Positions 42,186 to 57,844 of a stretch of 64,000 nucleotides of DNA are shown here, in pieces. This DNA comes from Octopus sinensis (taxonomy: Eukaryota): assembly GCF_006345805.1 (NCBI RefSeq), contig NW_021833722.1, forward strand, positions 9,876 through 73,875, read 5' to 3'. Each line of letters opens with the position of its first letter. Within the stretch, counting starts at the first letter, position 1. Under the pieces are notes generated by a model. It did no database searches. It worked only from the letters and a program-made list of their open reading frames with translations, and was not told the origin of the DNA. The translations under genes were made by a program, and so were the position numbers.

Positions 42186-42677
42186 AAAACTATGGACTGA
42201 CGTCGGTTATTTCAGAATCCGATTTTAACATAACCATTAAAATAAACTTAGCGTTAATCAAATTTTAAATTGAAAATTAGATTTAAATTTAGGATAATAC
42301 CAGTACTTATAGAATATTAACACTTGCATTATGTACACCCATTGTATACATCTCTGGAATAATTAGTATGGTCTCTGAACGATCATTCTGCGCTCTAAGA
42401 CAGTGATGATCTAACTAGATGTAGCTTCAGTGGGAAAATAGCATTCATAAAAAGCATTCGCCCATTCGACCCCAGAGTAAAACCAAGGGAGAGGAGAGTA
42501 TTTTTGGTTTAATCCATCTTTGATGAAAACCAGGAAAAGTTCGGCTTTCGTAAAACAACACCGACTGACAATACTACACTCTCTCAGGTATTTCTTTATT
42601 GCAGTTTTAGCACCGATGATACAGGTACACTTGAAGAATAAGTTCCTTGTTGTGCGATTATATAAGCAAATATACAT

Positions 42678-42805
42678 AGGCGCAGGTGTGTATGTGTGGC
42701 GGGAGATTTGCTTCCCGGATGCGTGTTTCCAGGTTCGGTTCCACTGCTTGGCACCTTGGGCTTTGTGAATGGATTTGGCAGACGGAAACTGAAAGAAGCC
42801 TATCG

Positions 42806-42854
<49 letters not shown>

Positions 42855-42880
42855 CGATAGGCTTCTACACAGACACAAAG

Positions 42881-42913
<33 letters not shown>

Positions 42914-42961
42914 ACACACCATATATGTATGTATATATATATGTATATATATATGTATATA

Positions 42962-43037
<76 letters not shown>

Positions 43038-43260
43038 TTCTTTGTGTCTGTGTATCTTCAACCCCCGCTTGATGACTGGTGTTGGTGTGTTTACGTCCTC
43101 GCAACTTAGCGGTTCAGCAAAAAGACAACGATTGAATAAGTACAAGGATTGAAAAAAGTAAGTTGTAGGATCGATTGATTCGACTAAAAGTTCTTGAAGG
43201 CGGTGCCCCAGCATGGCCACACTGTAATTGAATGAAACAAATAAAAGATAAAAGAACATT
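42678..43260 (+). mobile_element. Family 2 SINE, full length, ~250-bp internal microsatellite
   Basis: TAGGCGCAGGTGTG head; GGCGGTGCCCCAGCATGGCCAC tail. Confidence 0.85.
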
Positions 43261-44292
43261 TTTACTGCCCGTATTAATTAGTATTAATTAGTTGACATGA
43301 GACGAACATTTTTGAATATGTGAACCCAGAAAGAATTATCCCCGATTGAAGATAAGCGCTGAAAAGAATTCTGTAGAATTGATAAAACGCCAAAACTTTT
43401 TTTCTTTTGAATGATCCAATCAAAGACTTTTAATGCAGCAACTTTGGTAAAAAAACCCCAACATTCTGACTTTTTAGAAGAGAAAGGAAAATAGGAAGAA
43501 AAAATATTCATTCATATAGAAACATATGCATATGTATATTCATATTCATACATACACCTATATATACATAACAACAAGGGAAGTGTATGTGTGTGTGTAT
43601 ATGTGTGTATGTGTGGTGTGTGTGTGTGTGTGTATACATACGTATTTATATGCATATAAACATTAAATTTTAGATTGATAGATTCACTGAGGTATAGACT
43701 GTCAGTGATTTAGTAAAAGGTTCTAATTATCAAACGAAATACTGTAACATTTGAACACAAAAGCTTTTATTTGGTGCTTCTTTATTTTTGTTTTTATATA
43801 TGGTCTATATATGGTAATCAATGAAAGAGATTGTGAGCGGGAGGGGATGTAAATATAGGAATCGAAGATTACAAGTGCTAGCACTTAACGCATTGATTGC
43901 TGTAACGTCTGCCAGAAAAGAGAAATGGAAATGAGATTTGAAAACCTCAAAACATTTCTTAATGATGTAAAGCAAAAACCATTAAGAATATGGAGAAAAT
44001 CAACAACTACAACAACAACAACAGCAACAGCTACAGCAACAACAACAACAGCAACAACAACAACAACAACAACAACGGTTCAGTGCTAATCATATATTCA
44101 TAAACACGGTCCCCTAAATCCGTAAAGCCATTTCACTCTGTATGTGAAATGTGTTATAAAGAAGGTTGATAAAATATTTCTGTAATATTTTCTTTTAGCT
44201 GACATTATGTCGATTATTATTGCTGTTAGTAATAGTTTAAAGAATTTTCTTGGATATATTTATTGCACTAACAAGAATTTCTTCTTTTTCAG

Positions 44293-44353
44293 GAATAACT
44301 TTGGCAAGACAATATGTCTGAAATCGTTTACTGGAACATAGAATATCATTTTG
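44293..44353 (+). CDS. Candidate exon with ATG at 44314 (MSEIVYWNIEYHF-G)
   Basis: Strong acceptor AATTTCTTCTTTTTCAG; weak donor TTG|GTAGAG; phase 1 end compatible with the 51017 exon. Confidence 0.25.
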
Positions 44354-45314
44354 GTAGAGGCAGCTTTTTTAATCATTTCATCACACGGACTGCTTTTATT
44401 TCCAAATTTATTATTAAATAATATAGCACATCAAAATATTTAACGGAATATATTTTTGACCCGCTCAATGATATTCTCTCTCATTATGTTAATTCTAAAA
44501 GAACATTTCTTTTCCTTCTTGAATAAGGTTTTAAATTCTAAACAAATAAACTGTTTCTAGCAAAGATAAAATCTGGGTTTCTTCATATCCATGCATTACT
44601 TTTCCTCCTACAACGGGCCGATTATTTGAAAAATATTTTCATATGGACATTCAGTTTCAATTTTTCTGTCGAATATTCCAGAAACAATTATAATTCACTT
44701 TGTAAAAATGAAAATAAAAACTCTTTTCAAATTTGAACTTGGTTTGATTTGTGCCAAACACGAAACTTTCGGCCCTTGAGTTAATTTTGTAACTTCCTGC
44801 CCCTTAAAAATAGTAAAAAAAGTATACACCCCAGAGAGTATATAGCAATTTCTTTCTTTCTGTTTCTTATATACACGAGTATACGCATGCGTGTATACAT
44901 GTATGTTTCTATGTAAACTTAGATATACTTCGTCAAAATACGAAATATACAGCGAGATTCAGTTTTAATAAGCATCTTTCCGCATACGAAGTTATGCATG
45001 AATGAACACGGAAAGGAATTACATAAATGCGTATATGAAAAGAAATACAATTACATATTCCCCACCCTCCACATATATACATATACATGCATATATGTAC
45101 ACACACATAGACACACACACAGATACAACATATATAGTTCTATAATATATATATTTGTATATATATCTCATGGAGATTTCCTCTCCAAATACAAACTATG
45201 CAATGCAAGATATAAATTGAATTCAACAACAAATCCCGACTCTAATAAAAATCTTCCGCTTTTATGAGAGGCGGCATGAAAGAGGCACATGCCTGCTGTT
45301 AGAGGAACTCTACT

Positions 45315-45350
<36 letters not shown>

Positions 45351-45402
45351 ATATATATATAATATATTATATATATTATATATATGTATATAATATATAT
45401 AT

Positions 45403-45523
<121 letters not shown>

Positions 45524-45526
45524 ATG

Positions 45527-45564
<38 letters not shown>

Positions 45565-45649
45565 CATAATTGAGCCACTGGAGTATCGAAAGAAATATAT
45601 ACTGAACTACCACTAAGAATTTCCTACCTCTTTCCCCTGGCTCTAAGAT

Positions 45650-46085
45650 GAGAGAGATATCTAGTGATATACATATGGAAGATCGCAGAGGAGCTGGCAC
45701 CAAATGCCTACATTGAGAATTATATCAGCCCTCGAAGATGACACCATAGTTCTGTTCCAAAGGTCCCACCCATCCCGTCTACAGTAAGGACCAGTTACTG
45801 CAGTAACTTGAGCTTGAAAGTCCCACAGCTATTTAACAATTTGCTAAAAAGCCTGAGAGATCTACGGGGAGCGGCAGCAGGTGTTTTCAACAGAAACCTT
45901 TACTTTCTGACGTCGAAGATCTCAGATGAAGCTACATCGCGACAAGACACTCAAACGATAGCAGCAATACCAAAGTCCCTCATTGACCACAGTGAACAAA
46001 TGAGGGATGGCCTTTCAATAAGTGCTGAGAATGGTAGTGCTCCAGCATGGCCACAGCCTTATGCCGAAAAGCATAAAATAATAGA
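45650..46085 (+). mobile_element. CR1/L2-type LINE 3' end
   Basis: [49 protein letters not shown], then a 3' UTR containing GTGCTCCAGCATGGCCACAG. Confidence 0.75.
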
Positions 46086-46441
46086 AGATAGACCTAAACC
46101 AATTTTTTTTTGCATATGTAAACTCTTGATATTCGTATATGTATGTATATGTGTGTGCATGTATGTATTTATGTGAATGTATGTGTGTATGTATATATGT
46201 GAATGTATGTATGTATGTGTGTATGTTTGTATGCATGTGTGTGAATGTATGTATGTATATGTGTGTGTATGTAAGTATGTGTGTATGTGTGTATGTGTGT
46301 ATGTATGTATGTGTATGTATGTGTGTGTATGTATGTATGTATGTATGTATGTTGTATGTATGTATGTATGTATGTATTATGTATGTGTGTGTATAGTATG
46401 TATTTGAATATAATATATACATATAAGTGCATGTGGTATAT

Positions 46442-46506
<65 letters not shown>

Positions 46507-46816
46507 ACATATATATGTACGCATTATATATATGTAAATATATATATATACATATATACGTATGCATTTATATTGTAAAGTTAAATAATGTTCAAGATGA
46601 AATTATCCAGGTTTCATGACTCAAGCCTCATGCCGGATGAAAGCAACCAACGGATAAAGTGGCCATCGACCGACTTTAAACACGACTAACGAATCTAAAA
46701 AAAAAAGATTTCTATATTAACCATAATAAAAGAGAGATAAGGCTTTATTGCTGTTATGTTTGTTTTTATTTATAATTCGTTAAATATCCCTGGAACTTTC
46801 ATCTATATGAATGTAC

Positions 46817-46858
<42 letters not shown>

Positions 46859-47314
46859 ACACACATACACACACGCACACACACATACACAAAAATAAGC
46901 AGACGCAGAAGACACATACACATACACACACGCATATATGCGTACACATACTCACAAACACACACTCAAAAACGTATGCATTTTCTCTTCTCTAACGTAA
47001 CAATAGGTATGTTTGATGTAGAACTTTCAAAGCTCTCTTCTTCTATCTATTTACAGCCAGTTGAATAAAGTCAATAACTAAACAACATCGAAATAAAATG
47101 CAAGTATAATTAGGCAGAATAGAAAATTTCGTTTCCCATTTGATTGCATTTTATTAAAAATGGCTGGTAAACCAAGAAATATAATGTGTATTGCTGAAAA
47201 AAAAATTCTTATTGGTTTCATAATTGGATAGATCAGTTTATGCGCGCGCCTACGTATGAATATAAATATAAATAAATAAATATAAATATATATATATATA
47301 AATATATATATATA

Positions 47315-47403
<89 letters not shown>

Positions 47404-47589
47404 GATATATATATATGCATGCATACATGCATACATACGTACACACAGACACAGACACACACACACACACACATATGTATTGAGAGGGAAAGTGAAATAG
47501 AAATAAGATGCAGGGACAAAAATATAAAATGAGGGAGAGAGAAATATATAAAGAAGACTGAAATAGCGAGAGATATTGAAGGACAACGA

Positions 47590-47650
<61 letters not shown>

Positions 47651-48045
47651 GCGAGAGAGGGTAAGTGACAGAAAGATAGAGACAGGGTGACAGATAGAGG
47701 GAATGAAGGAGAGATTAACTGATAAAAATACAAAAGACATGCCTTATTCTAAAATCTTCATTTTATTGCCACAGTTTTTTTTTTCTTTTTAACTTTCGGT
47801 TTTACTATCTTTTCTCCTTTTATAATTTTCTTTGAAGCGAGCTATATTGGGAAATATAATAGTGAATGAGAACTCTACTGATTCTCGAAGAAAATCAGCT
47901 TACTACTATGACTGCTACCGCTATTGTCTAGGCCTCCATAACATATACACACCCGAGGCATTTTGTGAAGTAGAAATAAATTCTTAAAACTGTTATAGTA
48001 TCAGTCTACCTTTTATGTATATATATATCTCCCCTTCATCCTCTG

Positions 48046-48115
<70 letters not shown>

Positions 48116-48166
48116 GATCGATCGATCGATCTATCGATCTATGTATCTGCCTGCCTGCCTGCCTGC

Positions 48167-48220
<54 letters not shown>

Positions 48221-48245
48221 CTCTCTCTATCTATCTATCTATCTA

Positions 48246-48278
<33 letters not shown>

Positions 48279-48339
48279 TTGTCTGTCTGCCTGTCTGTCT
48301 GTTTGTCTGTCTATCTATCTGTGTGTGTGTGTGTGTGTG

Positions 48340-48555
48340 CGAGCTGGCAGAATCGTTAGCGCGCCGGTGAAAATGCTTAGCGACATTTCGCCCGTCGCTA
48401 CGTTCTGAGTTCAAGTTTCGCCGAGGTCGACTTTGCCTTTCATCCTATAGGGATCGATAAAATTAGTACCAGTTGATCACCGGCGTCGATGTAATCAACT
48501 TACCCGTCACTCCCTCGAACTCCCTGGCCTCGTGCCTACAGCAGAAACGATTTTA
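48340..48555 (+). mobile_element. Family 1 SINE
   Basis: GAGCTGGCAGAATCGTTAGC..GAGTTCAAG..CORE motif. Confidence 0.85.
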
Positions 48556-48714
48556 GGAATCCTTTCGGGGCGATAAAAGTAAAGAACCAGTCGAGTTCTG
48601 GGATCAATGAAGCCAACTCAATCCCTTAAAAATTAATTGCCTTCAGCCAAAATTAAAACAATTATTGTTATCATCATCATCATCATCATCATCATTATTG
48701 TCATTATTCATTAT

Positions 48715-49759
48715 TATTATTATCATTGTCTTTGCATAGCTTCTAACGCTGGGGATGTACTACAGTGTCAGCTGTTCACTACCAGTGAACTAAGGGAACA
48801 CCTCTTATTTTTCGAGTACCTTCCGGAGTATTCGAGCAGTTCCAAGCAGCCCCTATTTGTTCCACGTACTTCTTGAGATTCTTGCTCACTGTTCCCAGGG
48901 CTCCGACAATTATTGGTACTACTGCTACCTTTTTCATCGACCGCAACTGCTTAACTTCCCAAGCTAACCTGTCATATCTCTCAACTTTTCTCTCTTCGTT
49001 ATTGCATATCTTGTTGTCAGCTGGGCATGCTATTCTTTCTCATTTAAGACTATGTCTGGCTTCCTATTCTCTATCTCATGGTCATAAAGCCCCTCATGAT
49101 CTTTGCATTATCATTTTCGATGATGCCTTCGAGTTTGTGGTCTGACCAATTTTTTGCTCTGTCAAGTCCATACTTGTTGCAGTGTGTCCAATGGACAATC
49201 CTTGCTATACTATCATGACGTCTCTTATATTCCTTCTGGACTAGTGGCGTACATTGGTTAGTAATATGCCATACGGTTTCACCATTTTGTCCACAAATTC
49301 TACACTTATCACATTCTGATGTGTTGTCTATTCTGTATTTTATGTAGTTTGTTCTTAGTGCTTGCTCTTGGGCAGCACAGATTAGAGCCTCCGTTTCCGG
49401 TTATAAATCACTTTTAGTCATCCACAGCCATATTTTTCTCTGTCTCTCTTATCTTCAACATCCCTATGAAATTGTTCACGCATTCTTTTCTTTATCCACC
49501 TGTTTTCAGTTTCATTCGTTTTCAATTGCTTGTACAGTGCTTTATCTTTGCAATCTTTCATCCTACACAAGCCTGACTTTCTTATTTCCAATAATAGCGG
49601 CTCTGTGCTATTTTTTATATACCATACTATGTTGTTTTCTTCTGCTCTAATGCTGTGTTCTCAACCAATCAGTCCTCTCCCTCCTCTTTTTCTTGGTACA
49701 TACAGTCTGTGTGTGTCACTTTTTTGGCTGGAGTGTTCCATATCTAGTTAGCAACTTCC

Positions 49760-49770
<11 letters not shown>
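48715..49770 (-). mobile_element. 5'-truncated R4/Dong LINE, second family (RLE region), in (TAA)n
   Basis: Minus strand RLYVPRKRGGRGL, ETEALICAAQEQALRTN, CRICGQNGETVWHITNQC, RRHD, KPDIV, VPIIVGALGTV, GTARILRKVL; (ATT)n on both sides. Confidence 0.9.
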
Positions 49771-49805
<35 letters not shown>

Positions 49806-49828
49806 TTTTATTATTATTATTATTATTA

Positions 49829-49870
<42 letters not shown>

Positions 49871-50109
49871 TATTATTATTATTATTATTATATTATTATT
49901 ATTATTATTATTTATTATTATTATTATTATTATTATATTATCGTTGTTGTTATTGTTTTTTTTTTAAATAACAATGTATCACTGGGATTCAGTAGTGTCA
50001 CATTCTTGCCACAATAATATGAATTCCCCATTCATTTCACTGGAATCAGGACTGGTCGGGGAAAATCGGCCTGTTTTTCATCGTGAGCGAGAGGTGACAA
50101 CTGATACCA

Positions 50110-50512
50110 GCCAACCAACCAACCAACCAACCAACCAACCAACCGACCGACCAACCAAACAACCACCCACCCACTCACCCACTCACTCACTCACCCATCC
50201 ACCCACCCACCCACCCATCCATCCACCCAACCAACCACCCAACCATCCACCCACCTACTCACCCACCCACCCAACCAACCAGTCAGCCAGCCACCCAACC
50301 AACCAACCAACCAACCAACCAACCAACCAACCAACCAACCGACTAACCAACCAGCCAACCTACCAACCAACCAACCAACCAACCAACCAACCAACCAACC
50401 AACCAGCCAACCTACCAACCAACCAACCGACCAACCAGCCAACCAAGCAACCAACCAAGCAACCAGCCAACCAACCAACCGACCAGCCACCCAACCAACC
50501 GACCAGCCAACC
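50110..50512. repeat. (CCAA/CCAC)n tetranucleotide array
   Basis: Visible in sequence. Confidence 0.95.
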
Positions 50513-51016
50513 GTTATGCCACTGAAGCAAGACGGAAACAAAGTATGGTCTATGACTCAGTGTAATACTACATCCTTAGCAAGATCAAATATCCACAGCC
50601 AACTTCTTAAGAAGAAAATATGTCAGCAGTCTAGTTTTAATGTCTTCGACATTTGGCAAATGTCACTTCGTAAAGAATTACAATGTTTTAATTAGCTTTT
50701 ATGTCAGGTGAAATGAGAGGTGCGGGCATAAATACTTAAAAAGCTCAATAAATCTCATCATCGTCATCTCGTTACTTCAGCAGCTGGATTAGTCATTAGT
50801 CATTAGTCATTATCAGTCAGCTATGCCTCGAACGCTAACACTGTGTTGGTACGTCTTTAGATAAAATATGTTTAACATTCAACCAACTGCGCAGTCCATC
50901 CAAATGTATAATAGGTACAATAGGGAGGTTTAATTCAAAGCTGCAGATGGTTACAGTCCATTTGATAACAGGATTTTCTTTTCGGCTGTGCAGAATGTCA
51001 GTTTTCTTTTGAATAG

Positions 51017-51111
51017 GTGACGATATAGAGAAGGAGATTAGGGAGGGGTTCAATCCCAGCGGAATGATAAGCGAAGTCGATTTGACAGAAGGAAAGGCGA
51101 ACGTGGCAGAG
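51017..51111 (+). CDS. Candidate 95-nt coding exon (xDDIEKEIREGFNPSGMISEVDLTEGKANVAE)
   Basis: GTTTTCTTTTGAATAG acceptor and GAG|GTAGGT donor; only phase 1 is open; GC- and purine-rich relative to its flanks. Confidence 0.55.
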
Positions 51112-51774
51112 GTAGGTTTTAAGCTCAGGACGCAAGAAGGACAGAATAAAATACTTGCTTCTACTATAAGCACAAGGCCTGAAATTTTGGCAAGGATATT
51201 GACCAACTAATGGAAGATTTCGTTGTTCGCATCCTACTAAAAGTACTGCTCTGTTGTATTTATCAGATAAAGTTCTCCTCGCAGCGACCATTGTCCACAT
51301 CGCTTTCAGTACAATTGTACTCAATGCTGTTCTATTGTAGGTTTGGACTTGTTCTACTTTGAATTAACAAGATGGCAGCCGATCTATTATTGATAAATTT
51401 ACAGGGATAAAGTAATACAACCATATGACAAATGCCGAATTTATTCGACAAAGAGATGATCATTCTCTATGTTCTTTTTTGTTCCGAAATTATGACAAAT
51501 GGTAGATGTTGGAATTCTATGGCCAGACGTCTGTTGGCATGGTACCTAAATTCTTTGTGTTTTATATTAAGCAATCTCCGTAAATGTTTCTGAATAACAG
51601 TAACTAGAGCTTGGCGAGATTAGCTGCCAATTTGGAGCCAATTCTTGCTGTTAGGCATCGATCTAATAATCTCTCAAATATTGCCAAACCACGTAGCATA
51701 GTGACATATGTTGTCTTCAAACACAATTAATAAACGGTCACACCACACACACACACACACCACACACACACACA

Positions 51775-51822
<48 letters not shown>

Positions 51823-52144
51823 CACACACAAGCACACATGTCCTCCTGTATCAGTGTGACTGTAATTCTGTCTATATCTTATGCTTCCCTATTATCCTAC
51901 CAAATATGTTCCTTCCGTCTTCCGCTTCTCCCTCTCCCCCCACCACATATATTATATTATACAAGATTATATTACATTATTACTCGTACACGTCCAGTTC
52001 TATTACGAACGGAATAAATAATATTCTATTCCACCGAAACATAGAAATAAATTAAAAAGGAAATAAAAGAATTACACAAAAATGGAAATAAAATACGCAT
52101 GGCTTTTTACATTTTACCTGTGTATATATTTGTATACAACATTC

Positions 52145-52360
52145 TATATATAAGTAAATCCAAAAAAGAAGAACAAATGCAAAAAGACACAACAACGCGA
52201 GGACGTGGTACATGTGAAGTATTAGCAGGCGCTCAGGGAAGGCAAGAAATATGGTTTAACGTTTCGAGCAAACGCTCTTCTTCGGAAACAGAGAAAAGTC
52301 CAATAGAAAGGAAGACAGAGGAGGAAAATCGCCAACGGTTCACATGTGGTTACATTTTGA
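52145..52360 (-). mobile_element. Short repeat (family C) with hammerhead-like motif at 52254-52289
   Basis: Minus strand GTTT CCGAAGA A GAGC GTTT GCTC GAAAC GTT AAAC. Confidence 0.65.
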
Positions 52361-52943
52361 AAGAAGACGTATCTATCGAAGAAGTGAGCTTTTCCCTCAT
52401 CGATCGAGAGTTAAATCATACTATTGTATTTGTGAACGTCTTGAGCTCCGGTACCTCAGTGCGTTTCAGTCTACGCAAGGAATGGATCGACACAGAACTA
52501 TAGGGAAGGAGACATGCTCAAGACAGCGGGTTCGAATGCGTGATCCCATGATTACGAAACAAACATCTCTCTACCATTCTCCACCATCGCCAAACACGCA
52601 TACACGAACTCTTTCACACATGCGCACACCCGTTCACTTCTTGGAAGCTGAGGTATATTTGTGTCTCCGGCATCGCGTCCATCAAGGCGAAACGTGCCGA
52701 TAACGAGTAACTGAAACGAGAGGGAAAAGAAAAGCTTCGTATACGAATAAACAAACAGAACAACATCTAATGATTCTTTGTTTAGTTTGCACTCCCCTAG
52801 ACATCCCATGTCGAGTAGACAAGATTATATATACCCAATTATAGACGCCAGCGCATTGAGAGTGACCGCTGCACACATCCACAGATAGAGATCTCTCAGA
52901 GCGCGCGCGCGCACACACGCACACGCACACACACACACACACA

Positions 52944-52992
<49 letters not shown>

Positions 52993-53059
52993 ATATATAT
53001 ATATAAATATATGTGTATGTGTGTGTATACATACATGTATGTATCTATGTATGTGGGTG

Positions 53060-53280
53060 TATACATGTTTGTGTGCCTGTGTTTGTCCCCCCAACATCGT
53101 TTGACAACTGAAACCGGTGTGTTTACGTCCCCGTAACTTAGCGTTTTGGCAAAAGAGAACGATAGAATAAGTACTAGGCTTACAAAGAATAAGCCCCGGG
53201 GTAGATTTGCTCGACTTAAGGTGGTGCTCCAGCATGGCCACAGTCAAATGACTGAAATAAGTAAAAGAATAAAAGAATAA
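53060..53280 (+). mobile_element. Family 2 SINE, 3' half
   Basis: GGTGGTGCTCCAGCATGGCCACAGTCAAATGACTGAAATAAGTAAAAGAATAAAAG tail. Confidence 0.85.
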
Positions 53281-54442
53281 TACAACGGACGAAATTTACA
53301 TAACATATTATCTCAATCAATATTAATATATATTCTAATTAATTAATTATTTTATTAAATGATAGTAGTGCACAACACAGCGTTGCAATTTTGAGCATAC
53401 GGATAATATGATCTCATATAATGGGGTTACGTGTGCAGAAGTGGATTTGACCCGTCACTAGTCCAGTTAGACCATCACTAGAATGAGATAACCCATATTC
53501 TACCCTTACACTCACACACACACACACACGCACACACCACACACACACACACAACAAAAACACACACGCACACAACACACACACACACACAAACACACAC
53601 GCACACACACACAACACACAAAACACACACACACACAAACCACACACACAAACACCAACGCACACACACACACACCACACAAACACACACGCACACACAC
53701 CAAAAACACCACACAAAACACCACACACCAAAAACACACGCACACCACACACAAACACACACAAACACGCAACACCCACACAACACCACACACACACACA
53801 TCTAGTCGTCTGTTACTTTTGCAGGTGGACGGGAGCATAAATCTGGTTGAAGGATTAGCCGGAGCGTGTGATAGATTGGAGCGTATGATAAGCTGGTTGT
53901 GTGCAGTACAAGCAAGTCTTTAACCAGGAGTCAGTAGAAAAAGCACTAAACAAAGCGATAGGGAGGGAACCGTGGATGAACAGTGCTTGAGTTTGGGGGA
54001 ATAATAACGGCTGGTGTAGTTAGAAGTCATGAACGAGGGAAACCGAAGCTCTTGGAGCATGAAGCAGTGAACCATGATATTTCTTTACATCGTTCACCCT
54101 GCATAAATGTAGATACCAAATACAACCCAGATTATCCAAAAATTTTCAAAGAACGAAATACAAAAGTTTGGCATAATTTTTGAATACACAACTTCAGCTA
54201 CGAAATACGAAATGCGAGAATACAGAGAAAGAGAGTTACAATATTCAAATACAGAAGCCGAGTATATAGGCTACCTGTCATAGGATCGTTCAAACATTGA
54301 AATGCTCTCGTCCATTTAACGCTCCAGGATGTAAATGTGTTTTACTTATCTACTTTATTCCATTTCCGAAATAAATTATGACTCCCTGTCAATGTATCGA
54401 ATATTGCGCACGCGTACTCGATACATTGTGTGCTCGTGTGTA

Positions 54443-54518
<76 letters not shown>

Positions 54519-54544
54519 AATATATATATATATAAATATATATC

Positions 54545-54575
<31 letters not shown>

Positions 54576-55344
54576 ATATTCAGTAAACGCTTTACACTAT
54601 AATTATGTATATTTACACTATAATTATGTAAACCCAACAGTTATAATAAGATAACAAGAAGCTACACATCGTTCAAAGAAAATATACAATTCACAACACA
54701 CACACACACACATCGCGCAAGTACGATGATATACGCTAGGACATATAACATTGACAAAACAAAACAAAACAAAACAAACAACCCTGGTGTGTAATGCAAA
54801 GGATTGATAAGAGTCAGTGAAATATCATCAACAAAAAATGACATTAGTATAAAATGATAAATAATATATCAAACTAGTTTTCTCACTAACCAACTGGCTG
54901 ATTAGTTAGTGAGTTAGCAACTTAATTAGTCTGCTAGCTTTATCGATAATTGAAACCAATAACGCCTCTTTCTTTTGATGATTCAAACGTTCCATTTTTT
55001 TTTTTTGAAATTAAGTTAACTGTAAACATAATGATAACACATTCCATAAACGCCATCTTTACACACGTACGTTGCATATATTTAGGCCTATTCACATGCA
55101 AATTACGCTCACTTCTACCGACCTATACACACACGCACATTTCACATTGTGGGACTCATACATACAAGCATTAAACATATTCGTACCTTACACACGCATA
55201 TCACACATTTCCATGCAGATGCATAGATTTCACACGTGTTTCTTCTACCCGTCTACATATATTCCTAGTGATACCCGCATACATTACACGTACTCGTAGT
55301 TTGACGCACTTGCATTTTTATATCTACTCATAATCATACACGAT

Positions 55345-55393
<49 letters not shown>

Positions 55394-55509
55394 ACAGACA
55401 GACAGACACACAAACAGACACACACACACACAGACTCATTTCCATGTTTACGCACCTTAAATGCACTCGGAGTTATAAACCTATATATTATATACGGGCT
55501 CTCCATATT

Positions 55510-55595
55510 CTTTTCCTTTCTTTTTCTCTTTCTTTCTTCCTTCTTTCCTTCCTTCCTTTCTTCCTTCTTTCCTTTCTTTCTTCCTTCCTTCTTTC

Positions 55596-55636
<41 letters not shown>

Positions 55637-55796
55637 TTTCTTTCTTTCCTTCCTTTCTTTCTTTCTTTCTTTCTTTCTTTCATTCTTTCTTTCTTTCTTT
55701 CTTTCTTTCCTTCCTTCCTTCCTTCCTTCCTTTCTTTCTTTCTTTCTTTCTTTCTTTCCTTCCTTCCTTCCTTCCTTCCTTCCTTCCTTTCTTTCT

Positions 55797-55832
<36 letters not shown>

Positions 55833-55875
55833 TCCTTCCTTCCTTCCTTCCTTCCTTCCTTCCTTCCTTCCTTTC
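55510..55875. repeat. (CTTT/CCTT)n array
   Basis: Visible in sequence. Confidence 0.95.
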
Positions 55876-57844
55876 TCTCTTCGTTTATCATTTCGCAATT
55901 TTCTCCTCTGTCTGTCAAAACTTTCTCCCAATTCTTTTTTTCTTTTATTATTTCCACAATTTTATTTTTACCTTTTTTTTTTATTCGTTGCTTCTACCTC
56001 ATTCATCATTTTCGTTTCTCATCGTTCTCTGATTTTTTAAACCTTCCTTCCTTCCTTCCCTTTCTGCTTCTCCTTCATCCATTCTCTCTTTCCATTGTTC
56101 AATTCTCAGTTAAGAAATAAACCAGTGAGGCTAACAGGTTCACTTCGTTTTTGAAATGTCTAAATTACTCGTCACCAATTCATTGATTATACATACGCGC
56201 ACGCACGCGCGCACACACATACACACATACACACATACACACATACATACATACATACATACATACATACATACATACATACATACATACATACACACAT
56301 ACATACATACATACATACACACATACGCACACATACGCACATACATACACACATACATACATACACACATACATACACACATACATACATACACACACAT
56401 ACGCACATACACACATACATACATACATACATAAATACACACATACATACATACGTACACACACACACATAGATTATTTGAGCAACGCGATTCACAGCAA
56501 CCAGTCTGGAGTAAAATATGGCAGAACTTGGCAGAAAACGCAAATCCTTAATTCATACAAATGATAGCGAGGTCTGGGACTATAAAAAGGTGCAAGACCT
56601 TCTTAATATTTAAAGGATGGCGAGCGGAAGAAGATGCTTTCCTTCACCAAGTAAGGGGCCGCCCAAAATGTATTCTAAATTAACAAGAGAGAAAATATAT
56701 ATGTATGTATGTGAGTGTGAGTATGTGTGTGTGTGTGTGTATTTCTGTGTATAACTATATTCCTCATACACACACACACACACACAAACACACATATATA
56801 TATAAGTTATTATAGCGTTTTGTCTCCTTCCAAAGACAAACTGGGCCAACTAAACGGTTCTAAGATAAATCTTTTATTCTTCGACACGGGGCAGAGTTGG
56901 TGTCAGCTGCTGAACTACCAAGATGAAGAGAAAATTACTTGAGGGGCGCCGTAATATACTGTAATATGTGATATTACATGTGTCAGACTGCCTTGTATAG
57001 CAAACCTTGGTCAAAATGGCGGATATCTGTTCCACGGATTTATAGTCTTCACACACGCATTCTTGTGACTTTGTTTATAATTTCAGTCACGCAGACATAC
57101 TCATGTACTTTCATACACACGCACACACACACACACACGCGCCGCATGTAGACATACACGCGCGCGCGCACACACACACACATATTCACACGCACGCACA
57201 CACAAACACACATGCACACACACACATACAGTGAAATATTGATTAATCTGTTTGACCTGAAAGATGTTTCTTCCGGGTGTTTCCTCTGTAAGATATTTAT
57301 TATGTTACAGGAGTGCTTAAAAGAGAGGCCAGATTCTTGGAGAAAGTAATTTTCAAAACGTACACGTAATGTAAGACCGATCTACACACACACTCATACA
57401 CATTTGTATATATATATATATATATACTATTGCGTTCTTTTTATCATTGGATTTCTCTGCCAAGTTTTCCAAGCTCCTTGTCTTTCATCTGTCAGAGAGA
57501 GGCGAGCTGACGTCATTAACACTTCCCGCCTTACACGCTTCTGCCATTCCTTGATAATGTTTATGTCTTTTATAATATTCCGCGTCTAACATAAAATATG
57601 TACTTTAAGCTAACATTCTTCGTTCTGCATTAAACACGAGGAATATTACTGGGTGGGCAGCAGCACTATCTGATCCGTTTACTTGCCAGAATAAGAAGAC
57701 CTTTTCTCTGCTAGTACAGAGACGGAGGCCGATTCTGTAGTCTCGTCTAATTAAGTCTCATAAATCATTGGTTCGTGGACGCAACACAATGTGAAGGCGT
57801 CGTCTTTATCACAGACTTTTCTCAGATACCTCAGTCTTGCTTAC

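Noticed and set aside
53825-54010. Phase 0 exon VDGSINLVEGLAGACDRLE... after a TTTTGCAG acceptor
   Set aside because: Contains a 17-bp tandem duplication, and the donor/stop is ambiguous; too uncertain to call.
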